This document shows positions 7,011-15,831 of a stretch of DNA of 26,233 nt, one piece after another (position 1 is the first letter of the stretch; every line of letters starts with the position of its first letter). The DNA comes from a virus. Taxonomy: Duplodnaviria > Heunggongvirae > Uroviricota > Caudoviricetes. The stretch lies in the IMG/VR virus record IMGVR_UViG_2565956629_000010. The stretch is one strand, 5' to 3'. The notes beneath the pieces were generated by a model. It made no database searches, was not told where the DNA came from, and saw only the letters and a program-made list of their open reading frames with translations. The translations under genes and the position numbers were made by a program.

Positions 7011-9421
7011 GTCATGATGATATGAGCAACTCTAGCGGCTTTAACGAGGCCGCTGCAGCATTTTCATGGAACGGCCCGAAAAAGGCCATTAACCCTTATC
7101 TGGACCCGGCGGAAGTTGCGCCGGAGTCTGCACTTTCAAACATGATCACTCTGTACGCTGCCGATAACGAGCAGGAACAGCTGCGCCGCGATGCACTGAG
7201 TGAGCAGGTCTGGGAGCGTTATTTCTTTAATGAATCCCGTGATCCTGTCCAGCGCGAAATGGAGCAGGATAATCTCATTAGTCGGGCAAAGCTGGCGCAT
7301 GAGCAGCAGCGTTTTAACCCGGACATGGTCATTATGGCGGACGTCAGCGCCCAGCCCACCCACATCAGCAAGCCGCTGATGCAACGTATCGAATACTTCA
7401 GCAGCCTGGGCAGGCCAAAGGCTTATTCCCGCTATTTGCGTGAGACGATTAAGTCATGTCTGGAGCGACTGGAGTATGTACGCGACAGTCAGCTATCCGC
7501 TTCTTTCCGTTTTATGGCAAGCCATCAAGGGCTTGAGGGCCTGCTGATCCTGCCTGAAATGAGTCAGGATCAGGTAAAACGCCTGTCCACCTTGGTAGCA
7601 GCGCATATGAGCATGTGTCTTGAGGCCGCTTGTGGTGATTTGTATGCCTCCGATGACGTTAAGCCAGAAGAAATCCGCAAGACATGGGAAAAGGTGGCAG
7701 CGGAAACCCTGCGTCTGGATGTTATCCCGCCTGCGTTTGAGAAACTCCGTCGGAAAAGAAACCGCCGCAAACCCGTGCCCTATGAACTCATACCGGGTTC
7801 GCTGGCACGTATGCTTTGCGCCGACTGGTGGTATCGAAAATTGTGGAAGATACGTTGCGAATGGCGGGAAGAGCAGTTGCGTGCTGTCTGCCTGGTCAGC
7901 AAAAAAGCATCTCCCTATGTCAGCTATGAAGCAGTGACGCATAAACGTGAGCAGCGCCGCAAGTCGCTGGAGTTTTTCCGTTCTCATGAACTGGTGAACG
8001 AAGACGGCGACACGCTGGATATGGAAGATGTGGTAAACGCCAGCAGCAGCAACCCGGCGCACCGCCGCAATGAGATGATGGCCTGTGTTAAAGGTCTGGA
8101 GCTTATCGCGGAAATGCGTGGTGACTGCGCCGTTTTCTACACCATTACCTGTCCGTCACGTTTCCATTCTACGCTCAATAACGGCAGACCAAACCCAACC
8201 TGGACAAATGCGACGGTAAGACAAAGCAGCGATTATCTGGTCGGCATGTTTGCTGCATTTCGTAAGGCTATGCACAAAGCCGGGTTGCGCTGGTATGGCG
8301 TGCGGGTGGCTGAGCCGCACCATGACGGTACTGTGCACTGGCATCTCATGTGTTTCATGCGCAAAAAAGACCGCCGCGCCATTACTGCATTGTTGCGTAA
8401 GTTTGCCATCCGTGAAGACCGCGAGGAACTGGGCAATAACACGGGTCCACGCTTTAAGTCTGAGCTGATAAACCCGCGCAAAGGAACGCCGACAAGCTAC
8501 ATCGCGAAATACATCAGTAAGAACATTGACGGACGTGGTCTGGCTGGCGAGATCAGCAAGGAAACGGGTAAATCCCTGCGTGATAACGCCGAATACGTTA
8601 ATGCCTGGGCGTCTCTGCATCGTGTTCAGCAGTTCCGCTTCTTTGGTATTCCGGGGCGTCAGGCGTACCGTGAACTTCGCTTGCTGGCTGGTCAGGCGGC
8701 AAGGCAACAGGGTGACAAAAAAGCAGGTGCGCCGGTACTGGATGACCCGCGCCTTGATGCCATCCTGGCTGCCGCTGATGCTGGCTGTTTTGCCACCTAC
8801 ATCATGAAGCAGGGCGGCGTACTGGTTCCCCGCAAATATCACCTTATCAGAACAGCTTATGAAATTAACGAAGAGCCGACCGCTTATGGCGATCACGGTA
8901 TTCGTATTTATGGCATCTGGTCACCCATTGTACAGGGCAAGATCTGCACTCATGCAATGAAATGGAAAATGGTTCGTAAGGTCGTTGACGTTCAGGAGGC
9001 GGCAGCCGACCAGGGCGCTTGCGCCCCTTGGACTCGTGGCAATAACTGTCCCCTTGCTGAAAATTTGAACCAACAAGGGAAAGACAAATCAGCTGATGGG
9101 GACTCCAGAACGGATATTACCCGTATGAATGACAAGGAGTTGCACGATTACCTGCACAGTATGAGCAAAAAAGAGCGCCGGGAACTGGCTGCAAGGTTAC
9201 GCCAGGTGAAACCGAAACGGCGTAAAGACTACAAACAGCGAATTACAGACCATCAGCGACAGCAGCTCGTCTATGAACTGAAGTCCAGGGGATTTGATGG
9301 CAGCGAGAAAGAAGTCGATTTGCTCCTTCGCGGCGGCAGTATTCCGTCAGGAGCAGGCCTGCGTATCTTCTATCGGAACCAGCGTCTGAAGGAAGATGAT
9401 AAGTGGCGGAACCTATATTAA
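7007..9421 (+). CDS. A: P2 gpA-like rolling-circle replication initiator endonuclease
   Basis: 804-aa ORF following the early genes. HUH-type motif [13 protein letters not shown], and YIAKYISK with candidate catalytic tyrosines. Start overlaps the dam stop. Confidence 0.85.
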   Translation: MSHDDMSNSSGFNEAAAAFSWNGPKKAINPYLDPAEVAPESALSNMITLYAADNEQEQLRRDALSEQVWERYFFNESRDPVQREMEQDNLISRAKLAHEQQRFNPDMVIMADVSAQPTHISKPLMQRIEYFSSLGRPKAYSRYLRETIKSCLERLEYVRDSQLSASFRFMASHQGLEGLLILPEMSQDQVKRLSTLVAAHMSMCLEAACGDLYASDDVKPEEIRKTWEKVAAETLRLDVIPPAFEKLRRKRNRRKPVPYELIPGSLARMLCADWWYRKLWKIRCEWREEQLRAVCLVSKKASPYVSYEAVTHKREQRRKSLEFFRSHELVNEDGDTLDMEDVVNASSSNPAHRRNEMMACVKGLELIAEMRGDCAVFYTITCPSRFHSTLNNGRPNPTWTNATVRQSSDYLVGMFAAFRKAMHKAGLRWYGVRVAEPHHDGTVHWHLMCFMRKKDRRAITALLRKFAIREDREELGNNTGPRFKSELINPRKGTPTSYIAKYISKNIDGRGLAGEISKETGKSLRDNAEYVNAWASLHRVQQFRFFGIPGRQAYRELRLLAGQAARQQGDKKAGAPVLDDPRLDAILAAADAGCFATYIMKQGGVLVPRKYHLIRTAYEINEEPTAYGDHGIRIYGIWSPIVQGKICTHAMKWKMVRKVVDVQEAAADQGACAPWTRGNNCPLAENLNQQGKDKSADGDSRTDITRMNDKELHDYLHSMSKKERRELAARLRQVKPKRRKDYKQRITDHQRQQLVYELKSRGFDGSEKEVDLLLRGGSIPSGAGLRIFYRNQRLKEDDKWRNLY

Positions 9422-9516
9422 TTACGCGGGTTAACAATTCGTGCTCTTAATAATACCAGGCATATCAGGCCGATGAACGTAAAAAAAACGTTTTACATCA
9501 GTAAGATTATTATATA

Positions 9517-9532
9517 CTGTAAATATAAACAG
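9517..9532 (+). promoter_or_regulatory. LexA box (SOS operator) upstream of the tum-like/dinI-like genes
   Basis: CTGTAAATATAAACAG matches CTGT-N8-ACAG exactly with an AT-rich centre. Lies about 45 bp upstream of the 9575 start, within an AT-rich promoter-like stretch. Confidence 0.6.
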
Positions 9533-9574
9533 TGGTTATGTGTACAGTATTGTTTTGGTGTCATAGGAGGAAAG

Positions 9575-9763
9575 ATGCAGGACTATTTTTTGGAGTCTTT
9601 GAAGCTCCAGCGCATTGATTTTTTTCTTAAGCTTGTAGCGGCTAGTGAGTGTAGTGATGAAGAGAAGGGGCTGGCTCTGCAGTGGGTTTCTGAATTGACT
9701 GATGAACTCATGGCAAAAATCAGAAGCCACGAATACAACCGCTCAATGGATGTCATCAGCTGA
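9575..9763 (+). CDS. small SOS-controlled protein, possible Tum-like antirepressor
   Basis: ATG at 9575 with AGGAGG at 9565-9570. 62 aa. Sits between the LexA box and the DinI-like gene; in 186 the LexA-controlled gene at this position is tum, whose C-terminal part I recall as DinI-like. Assignment is by position only. Confidence 0.35.
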   Translation: MQDYFLESLKLQRIDFFLKLVAASECSDEEKGLALQWVSELTDELMAKIRSHEYNRSMDVIS

Positions 9764-9773
9764 GGTGACTTTT

Positions 9774-10007
9774 ATGCGCATTGAAATAATGATCGATAAA
9801 GAGCAGAAGATTAGCCAGTCTACCCTGGACGCCCTTGAATCCGAGCTTTACCGCAATCTGCGCCCCCTGTATCCCAAAACGGTAATTCGCATTCGCAAAG
9901 GTAGCTCTAACGGTGTGGAACTAACCGGACTGCAACTGGATGAAGAAAGAAAACAAGTGATGAAAATTATGCAGAAGGTGTGGGAGGACGACAGCTGGCT
10001 GCATTAA
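9774..10007 (+). CDS. dinI: DinI-family protein
   Basis: ATG at 9774 with GAGG at 9763-9766. 77 aa. MRIEIMIDKEQKISQSTLDALESELYRNLRPLYP...KVWEDDSWL parallels E. coli DinI as I recall it (MRIEV...ETWESADDWF), including the acidic C-terminus. Confidence 0.7.
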   Translation: MRIEIMIDKEQKISQSTLDALESELYRNLRPLYPKTVIRIRKGSSNGVELTGLQLDEERKQVMKIMQKVWEDDSWLH

Positions 10008-10199
10008 GAAATGTTGCCCCCAGGAGGATTCATTCTGATGGGGGCTAGTTTGGGCAATGAGTGAAATAAGGCGTAAGGTGGGCGGTTATTTTGATAAGTG
10101 ATCGTCCGCTTTGTGTCAGAAGCAGAAGTGGGAGTGTCTGAGACTCTCTAAAAGTTGATGATTCACTTACAAAACCATTTTCCTGATGGATGCTTACAC

Positions 10200-10535
10200 T
10201 TACGAATGATCATTCTGTTTAGTCTTCATGAGAAAATCCCGAATCTTTGCCAAGTTTGAATTTTCGGGGATTGAATCCATGTACGGATCACGCTCAAACA
10301 CTAATTGCTCAGATTCAACGAAAGCCTGCCACTCTACTGGGTCTAGCTCAAATCCCATTGCTGTCATATCACTTTCATCTTCCCCCTCGATCCAGTGGAC
10401 TAAATAAAACAATTCATCATCAGGAGAATCATCCTCACCATCAACAATATCAACATCGGTTACAGTGATACGTAGGGTGGGATCGATTTTTGAGACATAA
10501 ATTCCTAACTGTGGTATAGGGGGAATATTGTTCAT
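10200..10535 (-). CDS. small highly acidic protein of unknown function
   Basis: 111-aa ORF. ATG at 10535 with AAGGAG about 8 nt upstream on the minus strand. Runs of D/E (DVDIVDGEDDSPDDE, IEGEDESD). Sits between the replication/SOS module and cos, where P2 carries old/tin. Confidence 0.5.
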   Translation of the reverse strand: MNNIPPIPQLGIYVSKIDPTLRITVTDVDIVDGEDDSPDDELFYLVHWIEGEDESDMTAMGFELDPVEWQAFVESEQLVFERDPYMDSIPENSNLAKIRDFLMKTKQNDHS

Positions 10536-10847
10536 GGAAACTCCTTTTATTGGTGTTTGCTATTTGAATAAAAATACGCCAAACAGAGTGTTAACTGTGA
10601 ATATGGAAAGAATCGTTGTAAGTACCCCGCTTAGGTGTCCCATTCTATTTTAGAGGTTCTCGTGCATATGGATTATGTTATCTGAAAGTTAACTTCCGCT
10701 TCCCGTTCACAGCGAACATTCATCTTTGTAAACCCGTATGATCCGTTTTTCAAGTGGCCATTCAGATACGGATTTTTACTTCTTTGACAGTGCATGACTA
10801 TGCTGCATGAAATCGCATGATCGATTGAGGATCGTCTTTGCTCAGAT

Positions 10848-10870
10848 CCGCCAGAACTGGCGGGCTTTTG
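10848..10870 (+). terminator. candidate intrinsic terminator upstream of cos
   Basis: GC-rich inverted repeat CCGCCAG (10848-10854) / CTGGCGG (10857-10863) with a very short loop, followed by GCTTTTG. Confidence 0.3.
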
Positions 10871-10914
10871 CTCATGTCATGCATGTGCATGAAAACCACT
10901 GCATAAAGCGGGCA

Positions 10915-10933
10915 GGCGTGGCGGGGATACGAG
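10915..10933. other. candidate cos site (cohesive-end region)
   Basis: GGCGTGGCGGGGATACGAG followed by CGCGCGC. From memory the P2 left end begins GGCGAGGCGGGGAAAGCAC, giving a 13-nt core match with one mismatch. It is a GC-rich island in an otherwise AT-rich non-coding stretch, and its orientation toward Q is the same as in P2. Confidence 0.4.
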
Positions 10934-11014
10934 CGCGCGCAATGCTATGATCTGGCTCTTTCAAAACTGTTAACGGTTCTTCACATTCTTAAATGATCAT
11001 GGTAGCTTAAGCAT

Positions 11015-11145
11015 GCACATGTAGGCAGATTTGTTGGTTGTGGTATCGCAATCAGTGATCTAAATGTTAGATGGATTCGCCTTCTGACATCCTTGTAGCC
11101 ATTCTTGGGCTGTCCTATGCTTTGCGTAAGAGTGCCTACATGTGC
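11015..11145 (+). ncRNA. putative retron msr-msd locus bounded by a2/a1 inverted repeats
   Basis: Perfect 13-bp inverted repeat GCACATGTAGGCA (11015-11027) / TGCCTACATGTGC (11133-11145) enclosing 105 nt, immediately upstream of the RT gene on the same strand. A G at 11028 directly follows the left repeat (possible branching G). Internal stem ATCTAA-ATG-TTAGAT at about 11058-11072. Possible promoter -35 TTCACA (10980-10985). Confidence 0.5.
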
Positions 11146-11180
11146 CTACCCTAACTGATAATCAAGGTTGATTTTTAGAT

Positions 11181-12938
11181 ATGGCACCCCTATCAATTTT
11201 AGAACGTTTACAAAACGCTGCTAACAGGCAAGATTTGGCTAGTATCTTGAATCTTAAAACTGCTTTTCTTACGGATGTTATTTATCGTTTAAAAGCTGAA
11301 ACGCAGTATACACAATTTACTATTCCTAAAAAAAACGGAGCGCCGAGAGTCATATCAGCACCTACCACTAAGCTCAAAGATATTCAACGTAGATTAGCTG
11401 ATGTTTTATATTTATGTCGTGCAGAAATTTATAAAAAATATAATATTAATCCAGTTTTATCTCATGGGTTTGAAAAAGAAAAGTCAATTATTACGAATGC
11501 TGAACGGCATAGAGGTAAAACGCTACTACTAAATATAGATCTTGAGGATTATTTTGATAGTTTTAATTTTGGACGTGTTAGAGGTTTTTTCTTATCAAAC
11601 AGAGATTTTAGATTAAATAATACTGTTGCTACAACGATCGCACAAATTGCATGTTTTCAGAATGGACTTCCTCAAGGAAGCCCATGCTCTCCAATTATAA
11701 GTAACTTAATCAGTGGAATTCTTGATATAAGATTATCAAAGTTAGCAAAGAAATACGGATGCAATTATTCACGGTATGCTGATGATCTTACATTTTCAAC
11801 TAATAAAAAAACATTTCCAAAAGAGATTGCTGATGTTGGCGGAGAGTCTGTAACCCTAAGTCCAACTTTAATTAAAGAGATTATAAAGGCTGGCTTTAAA
11901 ATAAATGATAAAAAGACAAGGGTTTGTTATAAAACATCACGACAAGATGTTACTGGGTTGACTGTTAATAAAAAAGTGAATGTTGGCAAAGAATATGCAA
12001 AAGTAACGCGTGCAATGGCTCATTCTCTTTATAAAGATGGTTCTTTTGTTATTGTTACTGAATCAGGAAAGATTGAAAAAGGTACATGTGCTAAATTAGA
12101 AGGCCGTTTTGGATTCATTGACTCAATAGATAAATATAATAATTTAAAACTAAAGAACGCAAGACAGTTGGAAAAGTACCAAAGTGTAAATCATGGATTA
12201 AACTACACTGCAAAATTGAATTCGAGAGAAAAAGCCTACAGTTATTTTCTATACTATAAAAATTTTCATGGAATGGAAATGCCAACAATACTCACTGAGG
12301 GTAAAACAGACCGTGTATATTTAAAGTGTGCTTTGAAGTCATTGGCGAATTCATATCCTTTATTGTTTAATTCTTCTGATGATAGCTCTAAAAATGAGTA
12401 TCGTGTTAATTTTTTTAAAGCAACTGAAAAAACAAGCTATTTTCTTGACATTTCTGGCGGTGCTACAGACTTCAAAAGATTTATATTAAGATACCAAGAA
12501 CAAAAAAAGAGGTTCGAGAAATTTAAACCAAAGCACCCTGTTATTATGCTTCTTGATAATGACTCAGGCCCTAAAGATTTATTAAATCACTTAAAGGATA
12601 AAGTAAAAAATTGTCCAAATGATGTTGATACTATTCGTAAGGCAAGGTATACCCACATATTTGACAATCTCTATTTGTTATTAACACCATTGCTTCCTGG
12701 AGGGAAAGAGTCTTGTATGGAGGATTTATTTGATAGCACGGTACTATCAACGGTGCTTGATGGAAAGACATTTAATAAATCTAATGATACGGATACAAAA
12801 ACAGAATATGGTAAGCATGTGTTTTCAACAAAGGTTATAAAGGCAAATTGTAAAACAATTAGTTTTGAAAAGTTTAAAGTTATTTTTGATGGTATTGAGG
12901 AAATTATTGCAGATTATTCAAAGAGGTGCAAAGTATAA
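11181..12938 (+). CDS. retron-type reverse transcriptase with C-terminal Toprim-like domain
   Basis: 585 aa. RT motifs: FTIPKKNGAPRVISAP, LLLNIDLEDYFDSF, LPQGSPCSPIISNL, and the catalytic YADD in YSRYADDLTFS. The C-terminal half has Toprim-like EG..D (PTILTEGKTDRVYL) and DxD (VIMLLDNDSGPKD). AT-rich. Length is close to the 586 aa I recall for the retron-Ec67 RT. Confidence 0.8.
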   Translation: MAPLSILERLQNAANRQDLASILNLKTAFLTDVIYRLKAETQYTQFTIPKKNGAPRVISAPTTKLKDIQRRLADVLYLCRAEIYKKYNINPVLSHGFEKEKSIITNAERHRGKTLLLNIDLEDYFDSFNFGRVRGFFLSNRDFRLNNTVATTIAQIACFQNGLPQGSPCSPIISNLISGILDIRLSKLAKKYGCNYSRYADDLTFSTNKKTFPKEIADVGGESVTLSPTLIKEIIKAGFKINDKKTRVCYKTSRQDVTGLTVNKKVNVGKEYAKVTRAMAHSLYKDGSFVIVTESGKIEKGTCAKLEGRFGFIDSIDKYNNLKLKNARQLEKYQSVNHGLNYTAKLNSREKAYSYFLYYKNFHGMEMPTILTEGKTDRVYLKCALKSLANSYPLLFNSSDDSSKNEYRVNFFKATEKTSYFLDISGGATDFKRFILRYQEQKKRFEKFKPKHPVIMLLDNDSGPKDLLNHLKDKVKNCPNDVDTIRKARYTHIFDNLYLLLTPLLPGGKESCMEDLFDSTVLSTVLDGKTFNKSNDTDTKTEYGKHVFSTKVIKANCKTISFEKFKVIFDGIEEIIADYSKRCKV

Positions 12939-12948
12939 CTGTAATTAC

Positions 12949-12972
12949 AGGCAAAGAGTATGCTCTTTGCCT
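12949..12972. terminator. hairpin between the convergent RT and portal genes
   Basis: 10-bp perfect stem AGGCAAAGAG / CTCTTTGCCT with 4-nt loop TATG, followed on the plus strand by TGTATTGT. Lies in the 49-bp gap between the RT stop (12938) and the Q stop (12988). Confidence 0.45.
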
Positions 12973-12987
12973 TGTATTGTGGGACGA

Positions 12988-14022
12988 TTACATATCTAAG
13001 TTATATTCTGTAAATGCGATAATATCTGTACCTAACCAGACATTAATCTCCTTGATCCGTTTTTGCATTGATATCAATTCGTTTCTTACGAATACCTTAC
13101 TAGCCTTTTCCACATCCCCAAACCCCCCAACATTATTAGGCATAATCCCCATCATTTGCGGCGGCACGCGGTGCGCAGCCATCATGTCATCGCGGCTGAC
13201 ATTTTTGATATTCAGAAACTCATCCTTCGCCGCGACCTCTGACAACGGGATAATCTGAAGCCCGTCTTTTTTGCCGTTAGGCGAGTACATAAACAGATTG
13301 CGGAAGTTGCCAGGGCCTTTGGCGCTTTTCATCGCATTGCGGAGGTTGTTCACATCCTCCTGGTTCTGCGCGGCATCGGTCATGTACATGATGAAGCCTG
13401 CATGACTACCGTTAATGTAATATTTGCGGCGGAACAGCGTGGCGGACTCGTTGAGCAAAGCGGATGGGATGGCAGAAAGATAGCCGGGCAGGCCGTAGAT
13501 CTCCTGATTAATATCCGGTTCCATCAGATGAAAAATGCTGCCTTTCGTGAACTGATACGGCTGGGTTGTCATACCGTATTGCACAAACCAGTAGATATCC
13601 AGGTCTAACCCGCGTCGGGTATATTTTGCCAGGGCAGGCTCAAGGGCGATAACTTCACCGAAGCGGTTCGTGCGTTTCTCCAGGTAGGCGTTACCAAATA
13701 CCAGGTAGTCCTGCACAAAACGTGAAAAAGCCTGCTGGCTGAGCAGCGGGTGAGGGATATAGGTACTGGTCAGAATGTTGCACTTTACTGCAATCGGGGA
13801 ACTGTGATGCACGGCAGCGCGGAAGGTGCGCGCCAGTCCGTCAAAGCTGACGGGCGGCTCATACCAACGGTCCATCTGTACGCATTCCACATAGTCCAGT
13901 AATTCTCGGCGGTCCAGAACAGGAACGGGATCGCCGAAGCTGAATGCTTCGGCTGTAGTTTGACTTTTAAGCTGGATCTGATTCGTCGCCGCAGCGCGGT
14001 TCTTCTTACTCTTTCCCATCAA
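12988..14022 (-). CDS. Q: portal protein (P2 gpQ-like)
   Basis: 344 aa, same length as P2 Q as I recall it. Overlaps the terminase gene by 4 nt and is transcribed with it, divergent from the O operon. Confidence 0.85.
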   Translation of the reverse strand: MMGKSKKNRAAATNQIQLKSQTTAEAFSFGDPVPVLDRRELLDYVECVQMDRWYEPPVSFDGLARTFRAAVHHSSPIAVKCNILTSTYIPHPLLSQQAFSRFVQDYLVFGNAYLEKRTNRFGEVIALEPALAKYTRRGLDLDIYWFVQYGMTTQPYQFTKGSIFHLMEPDINQEIYGLPGYLSAIPSALLNESATLFRRKYYINGSHAGFIMYMTDAAQNQEDVNNLRNAMKSAKGPGNFRNLFMYSPNGKKDGLQIIPLSEVAAKDEFLNIKNVSRDDMMAAHRVPPQMMGIMPNNVGGFGDVEKASKVFVRNELISMQKRIKEINVWLGTDIIAFTEYNLDM

Positions 14023-15785
14023 AAAATCTCCACAATATTGCTGGTATTGGCGGATTCGCCCTGCAGCGGTTCGTTAAACAGTGCGTGCATCGTTGCCCAT
14101 GCCAGATCGGCGTGGCTGGCTTCTTCGCTGCGGCTGGCTTCATAGGTCGGGCGGTTGCCACTGGCGGTGGTGGAGCGACGGATTGCCATAAAGGACTGCG
14201 CTATGTCGGTGTGTCCGGCGTCAAACTCCAGACGGCGGTGGCTGATAATGTCGTAGGCCTTGAGTACCAGGGCGTTTTTAACGTTGGGGTTGTAGACAAA
14301 CTCCCGGACGGCAGGAAAGAACGCTTTCACGTTCTCATAAACCCCGTGACCAACGCCGGTTGAGTCGATACCGATATAGGTCACGTTGTACTGTTCGGTC
14401 AGTTTTTTGATGGCGTCAGCCTGGGCGCGAAAGTCCATCCCGCGCCACTGGTGACGCTCAAGAATGCGGAACTTGCCGCCCGGCACGGCTGGCGGTGCCA
14501 CCACCACGCATCCGGCACTGTCGCCGTTCTGCGTACCTTTCGCCGGGTCATAACCGATCCACACTTCGCGCCAGCCAAATGGGCGCAGTGCCAGTGCATG
14601 AAAGTCGGTCCAGACTTCCCAGCTGTCCACCATGCACGCCTGCAGCTCGCTGAGTGGGAACACAGACGCGAGATCGTCCACAAACTCGCACATCAGCAGG
14701 TTCTGGTATTCGTCCGGGCTGTACTCCATGCGTAACTGATCGAGGTCGAACAGGTTACATCCGCCGCGCACTGCATCTTCCACGGTGACTATCTGGCGGT
14801 ATTGCCCGTCTGCGCACAGCAGGCCGGGGGCCAGATTGCTGTGGGACAGGTCGATGTCCACCTTATCGGCTTTGTTGCGCCCACGGTTGAACAGCGCACC
14901 GGACCAGAACGGATAAGCACTGTGTGTCAGGCTGGATGGCGTGGAAAAATAGGTTTGTCGCCATTTTTTGTGAATAGCCATACCGGAAGCCACTTTGCGC
15001 AGCTCCTGGAATTTCGGTATCCAGAAATATTCATCCAGATACAGGTTGCCGTGGTAACTCTGGGCTGTGCGGGCATTGGTGCCGAGGAAGTAAAGCGTGG
15101 CCCCGTTGGGAAGCACCATCGGATCGCCTTTCAGCTCCACCTCCACTTCTTTGGCGAAGTCGATGATGTACTGTTTAAAGACGTGGGCCTGTGCTTTACT
15201 GGCGGAAAGGAAAATCTGGTTACGTCCAGTCAGAAGGGCGTCAATCAGGGCTTCACGGGCAAAGTAAAAGGTCGCGCCGATCTGGCGTGACTTCAGCAGG
15301 TTGCGGATGCGGTTGGTTTTTCCGGCTTCCCACCAGTGGCGCTGGTAGTTGAACATGGAGGAATGGAAGATTTCTTCCAGCTTCTCAATCTGCTCATCGG
15401 TGAAAACATTCTTTTCCGGCTGACGGCGTGGGCCTTTATTGCGGTTGGCGACGTTAGGGTTTAAGTCGGCTTCGTTGCCGCCATTGTTAAACTTGCCGAT
15501 CCGCGCGTGGCGCTCCGACTGGCGCGCCAGCAGGTCAATCTCTTTGAAATCTTTCCCTTCTTTGTGCTCCTTCATGATGAGCTGGCAGTAGCGTGCGGCG
15601 GTGGTGAGCTGCATCTGATCCAGCGGCCCATAGTCACCCCACTTGTCGCGTTTTTTCCAGCTGTGAACGGTTGCAACTTTCTCGCCCAGCATTTCAGCAA
15701 TGCGGGCTACGCGGTATCCCTGAAAGTACAGCAGCATGGCCTGCCGACGGGGATCGAGATCTGCGGGTGTCAGTGTGGTGTTCAT
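14019..15785 (-). CDS. P: terminase large (ATPase) subunit (P2 gpP-like)
   Basis: 588 aa (P2 P is about 590). Position upstream of Q, divergent from the scaffold/capsid operon. Confidence 0.85.
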   Translation of the reverse strand: MNTTLTPADLDPRRQAMLLYFQGYRVARIAEMLGEKVATVHSWKKRDKWGDYGPLDQMQLTTAARYCQLIMKEHKEGKDFKEIDLLARQSERHARIGKFNNGGNEADLNPNVANRNKGPRRQPEKNVFTDEQIEKLEEIFHSSMFNYQRHWWEAGKTNRIRNLLKSRQIGATFYFAREALIDALLTGRNQIFLSASKAQAHVFKQYIIDFAKEVEVELKGDPMVLPNGATLYFLGTNARTAQSYHGNLYLDEYFWIPKFQELRKVASGMAIHKKWRQTYFSTPSSLTHSAYPFWSGALFNRGRNKADKVDIDLSHSNLAPGLLCADGQYRQIVTVEDAVRGGCNLFDLDQLRMEYSPDEYQNLLMCEFVDDLASVFPLSELQACMVDSWEVWTDFHALALRPFGWREVWIGYDPAKGTQNGDSAGCVVVAPPAVPGGKFRILERHQWRGMDFRAQADAIKKLTEQYNVTYIGIDSTGVGHGVYENVKAFFPAVREFVYNPNVKNALVLKAYDIISHRRLEFDAGHTDIAQSFMAIRRSTTASGNRPTYEASRSEEASHADLAWATMHALFNEPLQGESANTSNIVEIF

Positions 15786-15831
15786 GGCACAAACCTACAA
15801 CCTTGAATGAAGGCTTTCCCCGCCTGCGGTT

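Noticed and set aside
7136-9437. Antisense ORFs within the replication gene A (7136-7384, 7493-8062, 8156-8896, 9243-9437)
   Set aside because: Embedded in a continuous 804-aa ORF carrying a rolling-circle initiator motif. Compositionally typical of antisense frames, with no supporting signals.
10016-10045. Inverted repeat GCCCCCA / TGGGGGC downstream of the dinI-like gene as a possible terminator
   Set aside because: The loop is 16 nt and there is no U-tract after it. The hairpin at 10848-10870 is a better terminator candidate for the rightward transcript.
10741-10780. ATCCGT / ACGGAT inverted repeat followed by TTTTT as a possible terminator
   Set aside because: The stem is only 6 bp with a 23-nt loop. 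Likely a chance feature of AT-rich sequence.
15811-15829. Second cos-like G-rich motif (reverse complement reads CCGCAGGCGGGGAAAGCC, 13 nt identical to the P2 cos core AGGCGGGGAAAGC as I recall it) in the P/O intergenic region
   Set aside because: It lies between the terminase and scaffold genes, where P2-family phages have divergent late promoters rather than cos, and it sits next to the Ogr-type site. The 10915-10933 motif has the correct position and orientation relative to Q. Kept as a caveat, since both calls rest on my recollection of the P2 cos sequence.
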